Assembly (NCBI GenBank): GCA_900617105.1
Contig: UYFQ01000001.1
Location: forward strand, 1,736,001 to 1,800,000
DNA: 64,000 bases
Direction of reading: 5' to 3'
From: Hydrurus foetidus
Taxonomy: Eukaryota
A program made the position numbers and the translations under genes. The notes beneath the pieces were generated by a model. The model was given only the letters and a program-made list of their open reading frames with translations. It was not told the origin of the DNA and searched no databases. Shown here in pieces: positions 10,998-22,711 of the stretch (within the stretch, counting starts at the first letter, position 1; the number at the start of each line of letters is the position of its first letter).

Positions 10998-12053
10998 CTA
11001 CGAGTCTGCCTTCAGCACAATCGCTTTTTCAAGTTGTTTGATTCGGTCGCGCAACACCGAAAGCTGCTTGACACTGGCTGCATTTTTTTCCCACGTCGCA
11101 TTGTCGTCGAGCGGGAAAAATCCGGTGTAGTTGCCCGCCTGCGTAATAGAACGGGTAACAACTGAGGCCGCTGAAATATGAACATGGTCGGCGATGGCCA
11201 AGTGCCCCAGCACCACAGCACCGCCACCCACCGTGCAGTGCGCGCCAATCACCGCGCTGCCCGCAACGCCCACACAGCCGGCCATGGCGGTATGCGCACC
11301 AACGCGCACGTTGTGCCCAATCTGGATGAGGTTGTCCAGCTTTACACCGTTTTCAATCACGGTGTCTTCAAGGGCGCCGCGGTCAATGCAGGTGTTGGCA
11401 CCAATTTCAACGTCATCACCGATTTTTACCGCGCCTAGCTGTTCAATTTTTATCCACTTGCCTTTGTGCGGCGCAAAGCCAAAGCCGTCGGCGCCAATGA
11501 CCACGCCCGAATGCACAATGCCGCGCTGGCCAATGCTGCAGCCTGCGGCCAGTGTGACGCGCGGCGCAAAGCGGGTGTGCGTGCCAACGCTGGAGCCTGC
11601 GCCCAACACGCAATGCTCAGAAATTTCAGCACCCGCGCCCACAATCGCGCCTGGGCCAATGACGGTGAAGGCACCGACTCTCGCGTGCGCACCAATCTGT
11701 GCGCCGGGGTCGATGCTGGCCGTTGGGTTAATAGCAGGGCCGGTCGGCGGCACAACGTGGCGCTGCTTCCAGAATTGGGTAACGCGCGCAAAGTAATGAT
11801 ACGGATCGTCAACCACAATGCAGCTCCCGCGCTGAACAGCGGCTTGCTCCGCCCACGGCGCCGCAATTACGCAAGCTGCTTTGGCAGCAGCAAGTTTGCT
11901 GGTGTATTTTTTATTGTTGAGAAAAGACAGGTCTTGCTCTCCAGCCTGCTCTAGTCCGGCAAGGCGAACAATGGGTACAGACCCATCACCGATCAGCCGG
12001 GCATTGAACTCGCCCGCCAGGGCGTCGACTATTTCTTGAAGTTTGAGCGTCAC
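10998..12053 (-). CDS. lpxD: UDP-3-O-(3-hydroxyacyl)glucosamine N-acyltransferase
   Basis: [31 protein letters not shown] and hexapeptide repeats. Confidence 0.97.
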   Translation of the reverse strand: MTLKLQEIVDALAGEFNARLIGDGSVPIVRLAGLEQAGEQDLSFLNNKKYTSKLAAAKAACVIAAPWAEQAAVQRGSCIVVDDPYHYFARVTQFWKQRHVVPPTGPAINPTASIDPGAQIGAHARVGAFTVIGPGAIVGAGAEISEHCVLGAGSSVGTHTRFAPRVTLAAGCSIGQRGIVHSGVVIGADGFGFAPHKGKWIKIEQLGAVKIGDDVEIGANTCIDRGALEDTVIENGVKLDNLIQIGHNVRVGAHTAMAGCVGVAGSAVIGAHCTVGGGAVVLGHLAIADHVHISAASVVTRSITQAGNYTGFFPLDDNATWEKNAASVKQLSVLRDRIKQLEKAIVLKADS

Positions 12054-12104
12054 AAGTCACTCAAGGCGGCGCTGCCGCCAATTACACCGAAGCTAACGCT
12101 GAAG

Positions 12105-12617
12105 TTACTTGGCGCCTGCGGCATTCAGCGACTTGAGCACTTTGTCGGTGATGTCGTGCTTGGGGTTCACGTACACGGCTTCTTGAACGATCAAGTCGTA
12201 CTTTTCCGACTCAGCCAGCGTTTTTACCACGCGGTTTGCCCGCTCAATGACTTGCTGCAGTTCTTCGTTTTTGCGGGTGGTCAGGTCTTCTTGAAACTCG
12301 CGGCGCTTGCGCTGGAAATCTCGTTCTTGGTCAGCCAGCTGCTTTTGCCGTGCAACGCGCTGGCTCTCGGCCATGGTCGGGGCTTCGCGTTCAAACTTGT
12401 CAGCTGCGGCTTTTAGGGTGCCGCCTGAATCGTTAATGTCTTTTTCGCGCTTGTTAAACTCTTGCTCAAGTTTGGCCTGAGCAGTCTTGGCAGAATTGGC
12501 TTCTCTGAAGATGCGGTCCAGGTTGACGATGCCTACCTTGAACTCTTGAGCGCCAGCAAACGCTGAGGCGGTTGCAAGCAAAGATGCCAACAACAATTGG
12601 TGTGAAATTTTGATCAT
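12105..12617 (-). CDS. skp: Periplasmic chaperone Skp/OmpH
   Basis: Signal peptide, KVGIVN, long coiled coil, DITDKVLK; between bamA and lpxD. Confidence 0.93.
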   Translation of the reverse strand: MIKISHQLLLASLLATASAFAGAQEFKVGIVNLDRIFREANSAKTAQAKLEQEFNKREKDINDSGGTLKAAADKFEREAPTMAESQRVARQKQLADQERDFQRKRREFQEDLTTRKNEELQQVIERANRVVKTLAESEKYDLIVQEAVYVNPKHDITDKVLKSLNAAGAK

Positions 12618-14917
12618 TAGAAGGACGTGCCGATCTGAAATTGGAATCGCTCTATTTTATCCCCTTCTTTTTTACGCAGCGGCTGGGCGATGGCAAAGCG
12701 CAGCGGCCCCACCGGCGATATCCAGCTAATGCCCACGCCATAAGAGGCCCTGAGTTCTGCAAATTTATAGGGGTCGTTTTCGCCGAACGCATTGCCCATG
12801 TCGACAAATGCGTAGGTGCGCAGGGTGCGGTCGTTACCGGTACCGGGGAAAGGCGCAATCAGCTCTGCGTTAAGCGTGATCTTTTTTGGCCCACCCACTG
12901 CCAGCCCCAAAACGTCACGAGGGCCTAACGAGCCCTGCTGAAAGCCGCGTACAGAGCCCAGGCCGCCAGACGACGAGTTTTTAAACACCGAAAACGGCTT
13001 GCCGCCTAGGCCTTTGCCCCAGCCAAACTCGCCGTTAAAGGCCAATGTGAACTGTTTGTTCAGCGGAATATATTCCTGGCGCTGGAACGTGGTGCGCAAA
13101 TAACGCGCGTTGCCTGCAATTCCCCACTCGCCATAGGCGCGTTGGTAACTGCCCATGGTCGGCACAATCGAGCTGTCGCGGCTGTCGCGTACCCAACCCA
13201 CCGTCAGCGGGAACGACGTGGTGGTGGCGCCAAAATCATTGATGTAATTTTGGTAAGTAACTGGCAGAGCGTTAGCGCCTTTTCTGATACTCAGCCGCTC
13301 CACACCAGCGCCAAAAAATACGGTGTCAACCTCGTTGAACGGCACACCAAACCGAATGCTACCGCCCGTGGTTCTCAAGCCGTAGTCGCCGCCCTGCCCG
13401 TCCAGGGGCCGGCTGGTACGCACGTACAAGTCAAGTGCGCGTGAAACGCCGTCGGCGGTGAAGTACGGATCAACCGTGCTGAGCACCAGCGAGCGGTTGG
13501 CTTTGCTGGTGTTAAATTCCAGCCCAAGATAATTGCCTGAGCCAAAAATATTTTCTTGCTTGATACCAAAGCTAAGCGACAGCTTGTCGCTGCTCGAAAA
13601 CCCGGCGCCCAATTGCAAGTTGCCAGTGGGTTTTTCCACCACGGTAACGGTCAAATCGACCTGATCAGCCGTGCCGGCGACTTCTTGAGTTTCAACATTA
13701 ACGTCGGTGAAAAACCCGAGCCGGTCGGCGCGGTCTCGTGACAATTTAATTTTGTCGCCGTCGTACCACGAAGACTCGAATTGGCGAAATTCCCTGCGCA
13801 CCACCTCGTCGCGGGTGCGCGTGTTTCCGGCCACGCTGATGCGCCTGACGTAAGCGCGGCGTGCTGGTTCGGCTTGAATCACCAACGCCACTTGGTTGTT
13901 CGCACGATCAATTTCGGACACCAGCTCCACCTTGGCAAAAGCAAAGCCAAAAGTACCGAAATAATCCGTAATGGCTTTGGTCGTTTGCGCTACCGAGTCA
14001 GCGTTGTAGGCCTGGCCAGGTTTGATGCTGACCAACGCCTTGAACTCGTCGTCGCGGTTTAAGAAGTTGCCTTCGAGCTTGACGCTTGAGACAACAAATC
14101 GCTCGCCTTCATTGATGTTGAGCGTGATGCTGACGTCTTGTTTGTCTGGCGAAATAGCAACTTGCGTGGAGTCGACTTTAAATTCAAGGTAGCCGCGCGT
14201 CAGGTAGTACGAGCGCATCGACTCAATGTCGGCGTTTAATTTGGTTCGCGAATATTGGTCAGACTTGGTGTACCAGCTCATCCAGCCGCCGGTGTCCAGG
14301 TCAAACAAATTGCGCAGCGTAGAGCTGCTAAAGGCCTTGTTGCCGACGATGCGGATGTCCTTGATTCGGGCAACGTCGCCCTCAATAACGTTAAAAGACA
14401 AGTTAACGCGATTGCGCTCAATGGGCGTAACCGTAGTGATAATTTCGGCGCTGTAGCGGCTGCGGTTGATGTACTGGCGCTTGAGCTCTTGCTCGGCTTT
14501 GTCAGCCAAAGCTTTATCAAAGGCTTGGCCCTCTGCCAGACCGATTTCACGCAGCGCTTTTTTTAGCGCTTCTTTGTCGAATTCTTTGATGCCAACAAAA
14601 CTCACCTCAGAAACCGTGGGGCGCTCTTCAACGATCACTACCAGCACATCGCCGTTGACTTCCAGGCGAACATCTTTGAACAAGCCCAAGCCGAACAGCG
14701 CCTGAATGGCTGACGAGCCCTTGTCGTCGTTGTAGGTCTCGCCTACGCGAAAAGGCAACGACGCAAAAACGGTTCCAGGCTCGATGCGCTGCAAGCCTTC
14801 AACCCGAATATCACGCACGGTGAAGGGATCAACAGCAAACGCCGACTGGGCCATGAACAGGCTGACTGCGACTGCGCACACAGCGTTGCGCTTAAAGCTA
14901 TTGAATTTTTTTTGCAT
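12617..14917 (-). CDS. bamA: Outer membrane protein assembly factor BamA
   Basis: POTRA repeats (DIRVEGLQRI, GNTRTRDEVVRRE), VRGF loop, terminal FQFQIGTSF. Confidence 0.98.
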   Translation of the reverse strand: MQKKFNSFKRNAVCAVAVSLFMAQSAFAVDPFTVRDIRVEGLQRIEPGTVFASLPFRVGETYNDDKGSSAIQALFGLGLFKDVRLEVNGDVLVVIVEERPTVSEVSFVGIKEFDKEALKKALREIGLAEGQAFDKALADKAEQELKRQYINRSRYSAEIITTVTPIERNRVNLSFNVIEGDVARIKDIRIVGNKAFSSSTLRNLFDLDTGGWMSWYTKSDQYSRTKLNADIESMRSYYLTRGYLEFKVDSTQVAISPDKQDVSITLNINEGERFVVSSVKLEGNFLNRDDEFKALVSIKPGQAYNADSVAQTTKAITDYFGTFGFAFAKVELVSEIDRANNQVALVIQAEPARRAYVRRISVAGNTRTRDEVVRREFRQFESSWYDGDKIKLSRDRADRLGFFTDVNVETQEVAGTADQVDLTVTVVEKPTGNLQLGAGFSSSDKLSLSFGIKQENIFGSGNYLGLEFNTSKANRSLVLSTVDPYFTADGVSRALDLYVRTSRPLDGQGGDYGLRTTGGSIRFGVPFNEVDTVFFGAGVERLSIRKGANALPVTYQNYINDFGATTTSFPLTVGWVRDSRDSSIVPTMGSYQRAYGEWGIAGNARYLRTTFQRQEYIPLNKQFTLAFNGEFGWGKGLGGKPFSVFKNSSSGGLGSVRGFQQGSLGPRDVLGLAVGGPKKITLNAELIAPFPGTGNDRTLRTYAFVDMGNAFGENDPYKFAELRASYGVGISWISPVGPLRFAIAQPLRKKEGDKIERFQFQIGTSF

Positions 14918-14993
14918 GGGCTAGAGGGTTCAGAAGACGTCGAAAACGTTGTGCGATTTGCTTGCTACACCGCAAGCGCATCGGCGATTGAAT

Positions 14994-16412
14994 TTAAAAA
15001 CCACCCAAAAGCCGGGTGACATCGTTAAAAAGCGCTACCGACATCATGGCCAGCAAAGCTGCCACACCGCCACGCTGCAAGAGTTCCATCGAAGCTGTTG
15101 ACACTGCTTTGCCAGTGACTGCCTCCCAAAGATAATACATCAGGTGCCCACCGTCCAATACGGGGAGCGGGAGCAAGTTCAGCACGCCCAGGCTGACGCT
15201 GATTGCAGCCAAAAACAGCAGGTATGCCGACACACCCAAGCTGGCCGATTTGCCCGCATAGTCGGCAATCGTCAGCGGGCCGCTCAGGTTTTTCAGGGAC
15301 GCTTCGCCAATCAGCATCTTGCCCATCATTTTGAGCGTTAACACCGATGAGTCCCAGGTGCGCCTGATGCCTTGCCACAGCCCTTCAAATACGCCGTAGC
15401 GCACGGTGACAAACTCGGGCGGGCCGCCCACAGCCGCATCGATTCTAGAAACCGTTAACTTGCCATCAACCGCCAACCGCGGCGTGACCTGCACATCCAG
15501 CGTGGCGCCATCGCGCCGCACTGTCCAGGTTTGGGAAGCGGGGCTTGCGGTTTCTACGGTTTGGGCGCTTTGGGCAGCTGGGTTTCGAATCGCTTGGCGC
15601 AGTTGCTGACCATCCACAATCGGCGTGCTGCCAAGCCGCAGCACCACGTCGCCCGCGCGCAGCCCGGCCTTGTCTGCCGGGCCACCGGCCAGCAAATTGC
15701 CCAGCAACGGCTGTGTCCACGGCCCGAGTATGCCGATGCGCCTGAAAAGTTGCGCATCTACTTCGCTGACATCAAAGTTCTTGAAGTTCAAAACGACTTC
15801 TTTGGTTGGCGCGTCGGCTGTGTTCTCAGCAGTTCGTGCACGAACATTGCCGTCGCTTACCACCAGCCGCACGCTGCGCCCGTTCAGCGCACCTTGCATG
15901 AGGCGCCAGCGCAAGTCCTCAAACGACCGCACTGGCTCCAGCGCTTCACCGTCAAAACCAGCGCGCTCCACCAGCTCTTGCCCGCGGATACCAGCGCGCT
16001 CAGCTAACGAGCCGGCAATTGGGCTGGCCAACACTGCTTTAGGCTCTTGCAAGCCTGTCCAGTTAAGAGCGCTGTAAATCAGTATGGCCAGCAGCAAGTT
16101 GGCTACCGGCCCGGCTGCCACCACAGCCGCCCTGGACTTCAACGGTTGGGTATTAAAAGCCAAATGCTTTTCAAGCAGGTCTACCGGGCCTTCGCGCTCG
16201 TCAAGCATTTTCACAAAGCCGCCCAACGGCAACATGCCGATAGAAAACTCAGTCGGCTTGCCCTTCAAGCGCCACGTGTAAAGCGGCTTGCCAAAGCCAA
16301 TCGAGAACTTGAGCACCTTGATACCGCAAGCCACGGCCACGCGGTAGTGCCCGTATTCATGAATGGCAATCAGTGCGCCTAGCGCAACTAAAAAAGCGAT
16401 CACAGTCAACAT
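14994..16412 (-). CDS. rseP: RIP metalloprotease RseP
   Basis: HEYGH, FSIGFG, GPVAN, PDZ domains, NLLPLPVLDGGH. Confidence 0.97.
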   Translation of the reverse strand: MLTVIAFLVALGALIAIHEYGHYRVAVACGIKVLKFSIGFGKPLYTWRLKGKPTEFSIGMLPLGGFVKMLDEREGPVDLLEKHLAFNTQPLKSRAAVVAAGPVANLLLAILIYSALNWTGLQEPKAVLASPIAGSLAERAGIRGQELVERAGFDGEALEPVRSFEDLRWRLMQGALNGRSVRLVVSDGNVRARTAENTADAPTKEVVLNFKNFDVSEVDAQLFRRIGILGPWTQPLLGNLLAGGPADKAGLRAGDVVLRLGSTPIVDGQQLRQAIRNPAAQSAQTVETASPASQTWTVRRDGATLDVQVTPRLAVDGKLTVSRIDAAVGGPPEFVTVRYGVFEGLWQGIRRTWDSSVLTLKMMGKMLIGEASLKNLSGPLTIADYAGKSASLGVSAYLLFLAAISVSLGVLNLLPLPVLDGGHLMYYLWEAVTGKAVSTASMELLQRGGVAALLAMMSVALFNDVTRLLGGF

Positions 16413-16413
16413 G

Positions 16414-17613
16414 TCAATGTCCCATTTTGTGCGCTAAACCCAGCGCAATGCTGCTCGCCATCGCACGCGCTTCAGCGTCTAAGGCCAATAAATCATCTAT
16501 ACCGCTGACCTGAGACAGCACCAGGCGGTCTAAAGTTTCGCGGTTAACGGTGTGAATGTGATCAAACCTGATTTTTCGATCTAAAAACGCCGCCACAGCA
16601 ATTTCGTTGGCTGCGTTTAGCACCGCCGTTGCGCCCACGGGCGCTGCCAGCACTTCCCAAGCCAGTTGCATGCACGGAAACCGGTGCGGGTCCATTGCTT
16701 CAAATGTCATGGCGCTAAGCGTTTTAAAGTCCAACGGCTTTGCACCCGACGCAATTCTGCCCGGCCAGGCCAAGCCGTACGCAATGGGCACCCGCATGTC
16801 GGGCGTGCCCATTTGCGCCACCACTGATGCATCGAGGTACTGCACCATCGAATGCACCGTGCTTTGCGGATGAATCACCACCTCGATTTGAGCAGGAGTC
16901 ACGCCAAACAGGTATTTGGCTTCAATGACTTCCAGCGCCTTGTTCATCATGGTGGCAGAGTCGACTGAAATTTTGCGACCCATCACCCAGTTGGGGTGGG
17001 CGCAGGCTTCGTCTGGCGTGACGTCGCGCAGCGTCGCCAGGTCGCGGGTACGAAAAGGACCGCCCGACGCCGTGAGGATGATTTTTTCAATCCGCGATGA
17101 CCAGGTAGCAGGGTCTTCTGGCAATGACTGAAAAATGGCCGAATGCTCGCTGTCAATCGGCAGCAATTGCGCACCACCCGAACGCACCGCCTGCATAAAT
17201 ACCTCGCCGCCGACCACCAGCGCTTCTTTGTTCGCCAGCAGCAAGCGCTTGCCCGCCTTGGCTGCAGCCATGCAAGCCCCCAAGCCAGCCGCACCCACAA
17301 TGGCCGCCATGACAGCGTCAACGTCGTCATGAGATGCTATGAATTCAAGAGCTGCTCGCGCCCGTATTACTTCAGTTTTAAGGCCTTCTTCTTTAAATTT
17401 AAGGCTTAAAACGTGGGCTTGGTCGTCGTTAGCCATCACGGCAAAGCGCGGCTTGAACTTGGCGCACTGCGCAAATAGCAAGTCGGTTTGCGTCGCCGCC
17501 GACAGCGCAAACACTTCAAATTTGTCGGCATGCGCCGCAATCACGTCCAGCGTGTTGACCCCGACTGAACCAGTCGAGCCTAAAACCGTGATGCGTTGCC
17601 GGGAGGTTGTCAT
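16414..17613 (-). CDS. dxr: 1-deoxy-D-xylulose 5-phosphate reductoisomerase
   Basis: LGSTGSVG, LANKE, PIDSEHSAIFQ, TASGGPF, HPNWVMGRKISVDSATMMNK. Confidence 0.98.
   Translation of the reverse strand: MTTSRQRITVLGSTGSVGVNTLDVIAAHADKFEVFALSAATQTDLLFAQCAKFKPRFAVMANDDQAHVLSLKFKEEGLKTEVIRARAALEFIASHDDVDAVMAAIVGAAGLGACMAAAKAGKRLLLANKEALVVGGEVFMQAVRSGGAQLLPIDSEHSAIFQSLPEDPATWSSRIEKIILTASGGPFRTRDLATLRDVTPDEACAHPNWVMGRKISVDSATMMNKALEVIEAKYLFGVTPAQIEVVIHPQSTVHSMVQYLDASVVAQMGTPDMRVPIAYGLAWPGRIASGAKPLDFKTLSAMTFEAMDPHRFPCMQLAWEVLAAPVGATAVLNAANEIAVAAFLDRKIRFDHIHTVNRETLDRLVLSQVSGIDDLLALDAEARAMASSIALGLAHKMGH
17336..17383 (+). repeat. 48-bp motif copy 5 (inside dxr, encodes LKTEVIRARAALEFIA)
   Basis: GCTAT-gaattca-AGAGC-TGCTCGCGCCCG-tattact-TCAGTTTTAAGG. 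Confidence 0.8.
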
Positions 17614-17641
17614 TGAACGATCGTTTAACTGATTTTAAAAT

Positions 17642-18514
17642 CTATATGCTGACCAGCATCATGGCCAGCGGCAGCGCGGGCAACAGCGCGTCTACGCGGT
17701 CAAGCACGCCGCCGTGGCCGGGTAGCAAGTTGCTGGAATCTTTTGCGCCACTGGATCGTTTTACCAGTGATTCGACTAGGTCACCCACCACGCTCATGGC
17801 CACTAAAAACAAAACTGCAAGGCCTAAAAACAAAGCCCCGTGGCGCATTTGTAGCTGCGCGTACAAGCTGCTTGCAGGGGCTGCCGCATCGGTCACGCCG
17901 CCCATACCCGACAGTGTTGGCCAGCTTGCCCAAACAAATGCCATCACCAGTACGCCCAGCATCGCGCCCCACACCCCTTCCCATGTTTTACCGGGGCTGA
18001 TGCTGACTGCCAGCTTGCTTCGCGTGAAGCGCCCGCCAAACGTGCGCCCCGCAAAGTAAGCACCGATGTCAGCTACCCAAACCAGCAGCAAAACAGACAA
18101 TAAAAACTCAATACCCCGTTCGCGCGCCTGGGCCAGCGCCAGCCAAGCCGCGCACAAAGCCAGTACACCGACCAAAAGGCGAATGAACTTTGGCACACGG
18201 CCCCAACCAGTTGGCCCGCGCGCCAGCAGCCAGCCGCCAACCAGCACCCACGCCGCACCCACCGCAATCCACAGGCCGCGCGTTTGCATGCCAGAAAACC
18301 CTGAATACCAGGCTGTAGCGCATATAAATAGGGCGCAAGCAGCTATTAAAATAGAAGCAGACTGGCTACAGCCATTGAGTTTTCCCCACTCCCAGGCAGC
18401 CGCGCCAATCAACACCCAAGCGACCGCGTTAAACGCAACCGGCAACGGATAGAACAATGCAGGCAGCAAAATAGCCAACAACACGATAGCGGTGATGATG
18501 CGGGTTTTAAGCAT
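17642..18514 (-). CDS. cdsA: Phosphatidate cytidylyltransferase
   Basis: MLKTRIITA, DIGAYFAG, SPGKTWEG, GDLVES..KDS..LPGHGGVLDRVD. Confidence 0.97.
   Translation of the reverse strand: MLKTRIITAIVLLAILLPALFYPLPVAFNAVAWVLIGAAAWEWGKLNGCSQSASILIAACALFICATAWYSGFSGMQTRGLWIAVGAAWVLVGGWLLARGPTGWGRVPKFIRLLVGVLALCAAWLALAQARERGIEFLLSVLLLVWVADIGAYFAGRTFGGRFTRSKLAVSISPGKTWEGVWGAMLGVLVMAFVWASWPTLSGMGGVTDAAAPASSLYAQLQMRHGALFLGLAVLFLVAMSVVGDLVESLVKRSSGAKDSSNLLPGHGGVLDRVDALLPALPLAMMLVSI
18311..18358 (-). repeat. 48-bp motif copy 6 (inside cdsA, encodes ASILIAACALFICATA)
   Basis: Minus strand GCTTC-tatttta-ATAGC-TGCTTGCGCCCT-atttata-TGCGCTACAGCC. Confidence 0.88.
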
Positions 18515-19272
18515 CAGGCAGCTTTGCTGTGCGCGGCTTTGGCGGACGCCGCCTGGGCCGGTTCGTCGAGCTGAGCAGACGTCAACCCAAAACGCCGTTC
18601 GCGGGTTTTGAAGACGTCAATCGCCTCGTCGAGTGCTGCAGCATCAAAATCTGGCCACAGCTTTTTTGAAAAATGCAGCTCTGAATACGCCGCCTGCCAG
18701 AGCAGAAAATTACTGATGCGCAATTCACCGCCTGTTCGAATCAGCAAATCTGGGTCGGGTACGTGGGCCAGCGCCATGGCCCGGTCAAGTGACACTTCAG
18801 TGATTGCCTGGCCACTGGCCGCCAGCTTTTGAGCTGCTTGCGCAATGTCCCAGCGACCGCCGTAGTTAAAACACACGTTCAATATCAGGCGCTGGTTGAC
18901 AGATGTGTCGAGTTCAGCTTTGGCCAAGCCCGCTTGCACCTTGGCTGATAACTGTTGGCGGTTGCCAATGAAGTGCATTCGCACGCCGTTGGTTTGCAGG
19001 CGCGGCACTTCGCGCGACAAAGCGATGGCCAGCAGCTCCATGAGGCCAGACACCTCAGACTCAGGCCGACGCCAATTTTCAGACGAAAAAGCAAACACCG
19101 TGAGCACGCCAATGCCGCGGTCAACGCAGGCCTGAACGCAGGCCTTCAAGGCGTCTACGCCCTGCCGATGCCCGGCAATGCGCGGTAAAAACCGTTTGGA
19201 TGCCCAGCGGCCATTGCCGTCCATGACGATGGCGACGTGGTACGGAACAGCGCTAGAAATGGGCATTGACAT
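18514..19272 (-). CDS. uppS: Undecaprenyl diphosphate synthase
   Basis: HVAIVMDGNGRWA, FAFSSENWRRP, NYGGR, DLLIRTGGELRISNFLLWQ. Confidence 0.98.
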   Translation of the reverse strand: MSMPISSAVPYHVAIVMDGNGRWASKRFLPRIAGHRQGVDALKACVQACVDRGIGVLTVFAFSSENWRRPESEVSGLMELLAIALSREVPRLQTNGVRMHFIGNRQQLSAKVQAGLAKAELDTSVNQRLILNVCFNYGGRWDIAQAAQKLAASGQAITEVSLDRAMALAHVPDPDLLIRTGGELRISNFLLWQAAYSELHFSKKLWPDFDAAALDEAIDVFKTRERRFGLTSAQLDEPAQAASAKAAHSKAA

Positions 19273-19406
19273 TTTCGGCTTCGCTCTTTTCCGTTCAGCT
19301 ACTTAACTGTTCAAGCGGTAGGCCACCAACAGCTGCGTTGCTGGGGACTGACTGGACTGCGGTGTTATCTGCAACTGAGTCAAAACAGGTGGTTGTGAAT
19401 CAAGGC

Positions 19407-19967
19407 CTACACCGCCATGATGTCGGCCTCTTTGCCGGACACTAGCTTGTCTACATCCACAATGTAGCGGTCGGTAAACTTTTGCACTTCGTCTTGCGAC
19501 CGGCGCTCGTCGTCCTCCGAGGCCAGTTTGTCTTTGACGAGTTTTTTCACATTGTCATTGGCGTCGCGGCGCAGGTTGCGAATCGACACCTTGGCGTGTT
19601 CGCCCTCAGACCGAACGATTTTGGTGAGTTCTTTGCGGCGCTCTTCAGTCATGGCGGGCATGGGTACGCGAATCAAGTCGCCTTGTGAAGCCGGGTTCAA
19701 ACCCAGGTCTGAATCGCGAATGGCTTTTTCAATTTTCGCGCCCATGCCTTTTTCCCACGGCGACACGCTGATGGTGCGAGCATCTAGCAGCGCAACGTTG
19801 GCCACCTGGCTGATGGGCACCATTGAGCCGTAGTAGTCGACCTGCACAGTATCGAGCAGGCCCGGGTTAGCGCGGCCGGTGCGGATTTTGGTCAAACTGC
19901 TTTTGAACGATTCCAGCGACTGCTGCATTTTTTGCTCTGCAGTCTGTTTGATCTCAGCGATGCTCAT
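19407..19967 (-). CDS. frr: Ribosome recycling factor
   Basis: [34 protein letters not shown]. Confidence 0.98.
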   Translation of the reverse strand: MSIAEIKQTAEQKMQQSLESFKSSLTKIRTGRANPGLLDTVQVDYYGSMVPISQVANVALLDARTISVSPWEKGMGAKIEKAIRDSDLGLNPASQGDLIRVPMPAMTEERRKELTKIVRSEGEHAKVSIRNLRRDANDNVKKLVKDKLASEDDERRSQDEVQKFTDRYIVDVDKLVSGKEADIMAV

Positions 19968-20058
19968 GAATAAATCTCCGAATGTCTGTACTGGCCCTGG
20001 CTTGGCCAGTCGCCGTTTGATAGTTTAGAGGTTTGTTGACCCGACGATCAAGGCTTGC

Positions 20059-20769
20059 TTACACATGCACCAATGTGCCTTCGTCTTCGCCCATCACAAC
20101 GCGCTTGAGTGCGCCTAGTTTAAAAATGCTGAATACCTTCAGCGGCAACTTCTGGTCGCGGCACAGCGCAAAGGCGGTCGCGTCCATCACTTCGAGGTTT
20201 TTGCCCATCGCCTCATCAAAGGTGATGCTGGTGTAGCGCGTGGCATTGGGGTCTTTTTTCGGGTCGGCCGAATACACGCCGTCTACTTTGGTGGCTTTGA
20301 GCACAATTTCAGCACCCATTTCAGCGCCTCGCAGTGCTGCGGCGGTGTCGGTTGTAAAAAACGGATTGCCCGTGCCCGCTGCAAAAATAACGACTTTGCC
20401 TTCTTCCAGATACTGAAGCGCTTTGGGCCTCACATACGGCTCCACCACTCGCTCAATAGCAATGGCCGACATGACACGGGCAGTCAGGCCGGCCTTGTCC
20501 ATGGTGTCGCCCAGCGCCAGGGCATTCATGACTGTAGCCAGCATACCCATGTAGTCGGCGGTGGCGCGGTCCATACCGACCGATCCACCCGCCACACCGC
20601 GAAAAATATTGCCGCCGCCAATAACGACGGCTACCTGCACGCCCATACGCGTGATTTCGGCGATTTCTTCGACCATGCGCACAATGGTGGCGCGGTTGAT
20701 GCCGAAGGCGTCATCACCCATTAAAGCCTCACCTGACAGTTTTAACAAGATTCGCTTGTAGGCTGGCAT
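20059..20769 (-). CDS. pyrH: UMP kinase
   Basis: [43 protein letters not shown]. Confidence 0.99.
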   Translation of the reverse strand: MPAYKRILLKLSGEALMGDDAFGINRATIVRMVEEIAEITRMGVQVAVVIGGGNIFRGVAGGSVGMDRATADYMGMLATVMNALALGDTMDKAGLTARVMSAIAIERVVEPYVRPKALQYLEEGKVVIFAAGTGNPFFTTDTAAALRGAEMGAEIVLKATKVDGVYSADPKKDPNATRYTSITFDEAMGKNLEVMDATAFALCRDQKLPLKVFSIFKLGALKRVVMGEDEGTLVHV

Positions 20770-20891
20770 GAAAGGCTTTCTTTTAGGTTGAAACTAACAT
20801 AAATTTAAAGGCCCGACCAGGGCTCGATTTCGGTGGCTTACAGTGCGTGCGCCGTGCGAGCGCCACGCAGGCACATCGCACTTGGTCGCAC

Positions 20892-21806
20892 TTAGCCCGC
20901 TTTGGCAGCTGCGATTTGAGCAGCCACTTCTGCTGCAAAGTCGTCGACCTTCTTTTCAATGCCTTCGCCCACCACGTAAAGGGTGAACGCTTTAACAGTA
21001 GTGGCTTTTTCCTTAAGCATTTGCTCAACCGTTTGTTTGTCGTTTTTAACAAACGACTGGTTAAACAAGCTGACCTCTTTAAGGTATTTTTGAACGCCGC
21101 CGTCGATACGCTTGGCAACAATTTCAGCTGACTGAACGGGCTTGCCAGCCGCAGTAGCCACGGCTGCGTCTTCTGCGGCTTTGGCGGCAGCAACCGAGCG
21201 CTCGCGCGCGACCAGCTCAACGGGCACCTGATCGCTAGACAATGACACCGGCTTCATGGCGGCGACGTGCATGGCAACGTCTTTGGCAGCGGACTCGTCG
21301 CCTTCGAACTCAACTACCACGCCAATGCGCGTGCCATGCAGATAAGCCGCTGACTTGCCAGCAGCGAACCTTTTAAAACGGCGCACCGACATGTTCTCGC
21401 CGATTTTGCCAATCAAGCCTTTGCGAACGTCTTCTACCGTCGGGCCAAAGCCGTCCAGGCTCATTGGCATGGCGCCAATGGCAGCCATATCTGCCGGGTT
21501 ATGAAGCGCAATACCGCTGGCTACGCCGTTGGTGAAGGCCAAAAAGCTGTCGTTTTTAGTGACAAAGTCGGTTTCGCAGTTAATTTCAACCAAGGCGCTG
21601 ACGCCGTCAGCACTGTGGTGAGCAACAACGCCCTCAGCGGTAACGCGGGACGATGCTTTGCCCGCCTTGTTGCCGAGCTTGACGCGCAAAATTTCTTCGG
21701 CTTTTTCAAAGTTGCCGTCGGCTTCGGTCAGGGCTTTTTTGCACTCCATCATGGGGGCATCGGTTTTGGCGCGCAACTCGGCGACCATGCTTGCTGTAAT
21801 TGCCAT
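20892..21806 (-). CDS. tsf: Elongation factor Ts
   Basis: [40 protein letters not shown]. Confidence 0.99.
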   Translation of the reverse strand: MAITASMVAELRAKTDAPMMECKKALTEADGNFEKAEEILRVKLGNKAGKASSRVTAEGVVAHHSADGVSALVEINCETDFVTKNDSFLAFTNGVASGIALHNPADMAAIGAMPMSLDGFGPTVEDVRKGLIGKIGENMSVRRFKRFAAGKSAAYLHGTRIGVVVEFEGDESAAKDVAMHVAAMKPVSLSSDQVPVELVARERSVAAAKAAEDAAVATAAGKPVQSAEIVAKRIDGGVQKYLKEVSLFNQSFVKNDKQTVEQMLKEKATTVKAFTLYVVGEGIEKKVDDFAAEVAAQIAAAKAG

Positions 21807-21904
21807 TTTTGAGTCTCTTTAAGGTTTCAATTTGAACGGTTGTACGGGTAGCTGAAGGGGAGGTTCAAGGCAGCTGTCAGCTGTGTTTATTCTGTTTAAC
21901 TTGT

Positions 21905-21933
21905 GAAAAAGGGGCTACCTGAGCCCCTTTTTC
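21905..21933 (-). terminator. rpsB-tsf intercistronic terminator/attenuator
   Basis: GAAAAAGGGGCT-acctg-AGCCCCTTTTTC perfect hairpin with A/T tails. Confidence 0.8.
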
Positions 21934-21959
21934 GCTAGTAGCGTCTTACGCCAAGGGGC

Positions 21960-22709
21960 TTACGCGGCGTTTTGCACTTCCACGAATTCGTCTGAGCTTT
22001 CAGGCTGAACCATCTTGACAACTTCTTGAGTCGCATTGGCACGGCCTTCAATGATTGCGTCAGCAATGCCGCGTGCGTACAGCGCCACGGCTTTAGATGA
22101 GTCATCGTTACCTGGAATCACGTAATCGATGCCGATAGGCGAGTGGTTCGAATCGACCACACCAATCAATGGAATGCCGAGCTTTTTGGCTTCCAGAATC
22201 GCGATTTTGTGGAAACCCACGTCAATCACGAAAATAGCGTCTGGCAACGCGGCCATGTCTTGAATGCCGCCGATGTCTTTTTCGAGCTTTTCGATTTCAC
22301 GCTTGAAGGTGAGTTGCTCTTTTTTGCTGATGGTGTCGAGGCCAGCTTCTTGCTGAGCTTTCATTTCCTTCAGGCGCTTGATCGATGTTTTGACGGTTTT
22401 AAAGTTCGTCAACATACCGCCCAACCAGCGCTGGTCAACAAACGGCACACCGGCGCGCCTCGCTTCCATGGCGACAGTTTCGCGGGCCTGGCGCTTGGTG
22501 CCGACCATCAAAATCGTGCCGCGGTTAGCCGACAACTGCTTGGCGAATTTCATCGCGTCGTTGTACATCGGCAACGACTTTTCCAGGTTAATGATGTGAA
22601 TACGGTTGCGGTGACCAAAAATGTACGGTGCCATTTTTGGGTCCCAGAAACGGGTTTGGTGCCCAAAGTGGACGCCGGCTTCCAGCATTTCGCGCATGGT
22701 GGTTGACAT
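21960..22709 (-). CDS. rpsB: 30S ribosomal protein S2
   Basis: [31 protein letters not shown]. Confidence 0.99.
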   Translation of the reverse strand: MSTTMREMLEAGVHFGHQTRFWDPKMAPYIFGHRNRIHIINLEKSLPMYNDAMKFAKQLSANRGTILMVGTKRQARETVAMEARRAGVPFVDQRWLGGMLTNFKTVKTSIKRLKEMKAQQEAGLDTISKKEQLTFKREIEKLEKDIGGIQDMAALPDAIFVIDVGFHKIAILEAKKLGIPLIGVVDSNHSPIGIDYVIPGNDDSSKAVALYARGIADAIIEGRANATQEVVKMVQPESSDEFVEVQNAA

Positions 22710-22711
22710 GT

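Noticed and set aside
15816..15848. RseP segment VRARTAENTA resembling the motif-derived peptide
   Set aside because: The DNA match is weak and the dyad spacing is 4 instead of 7.
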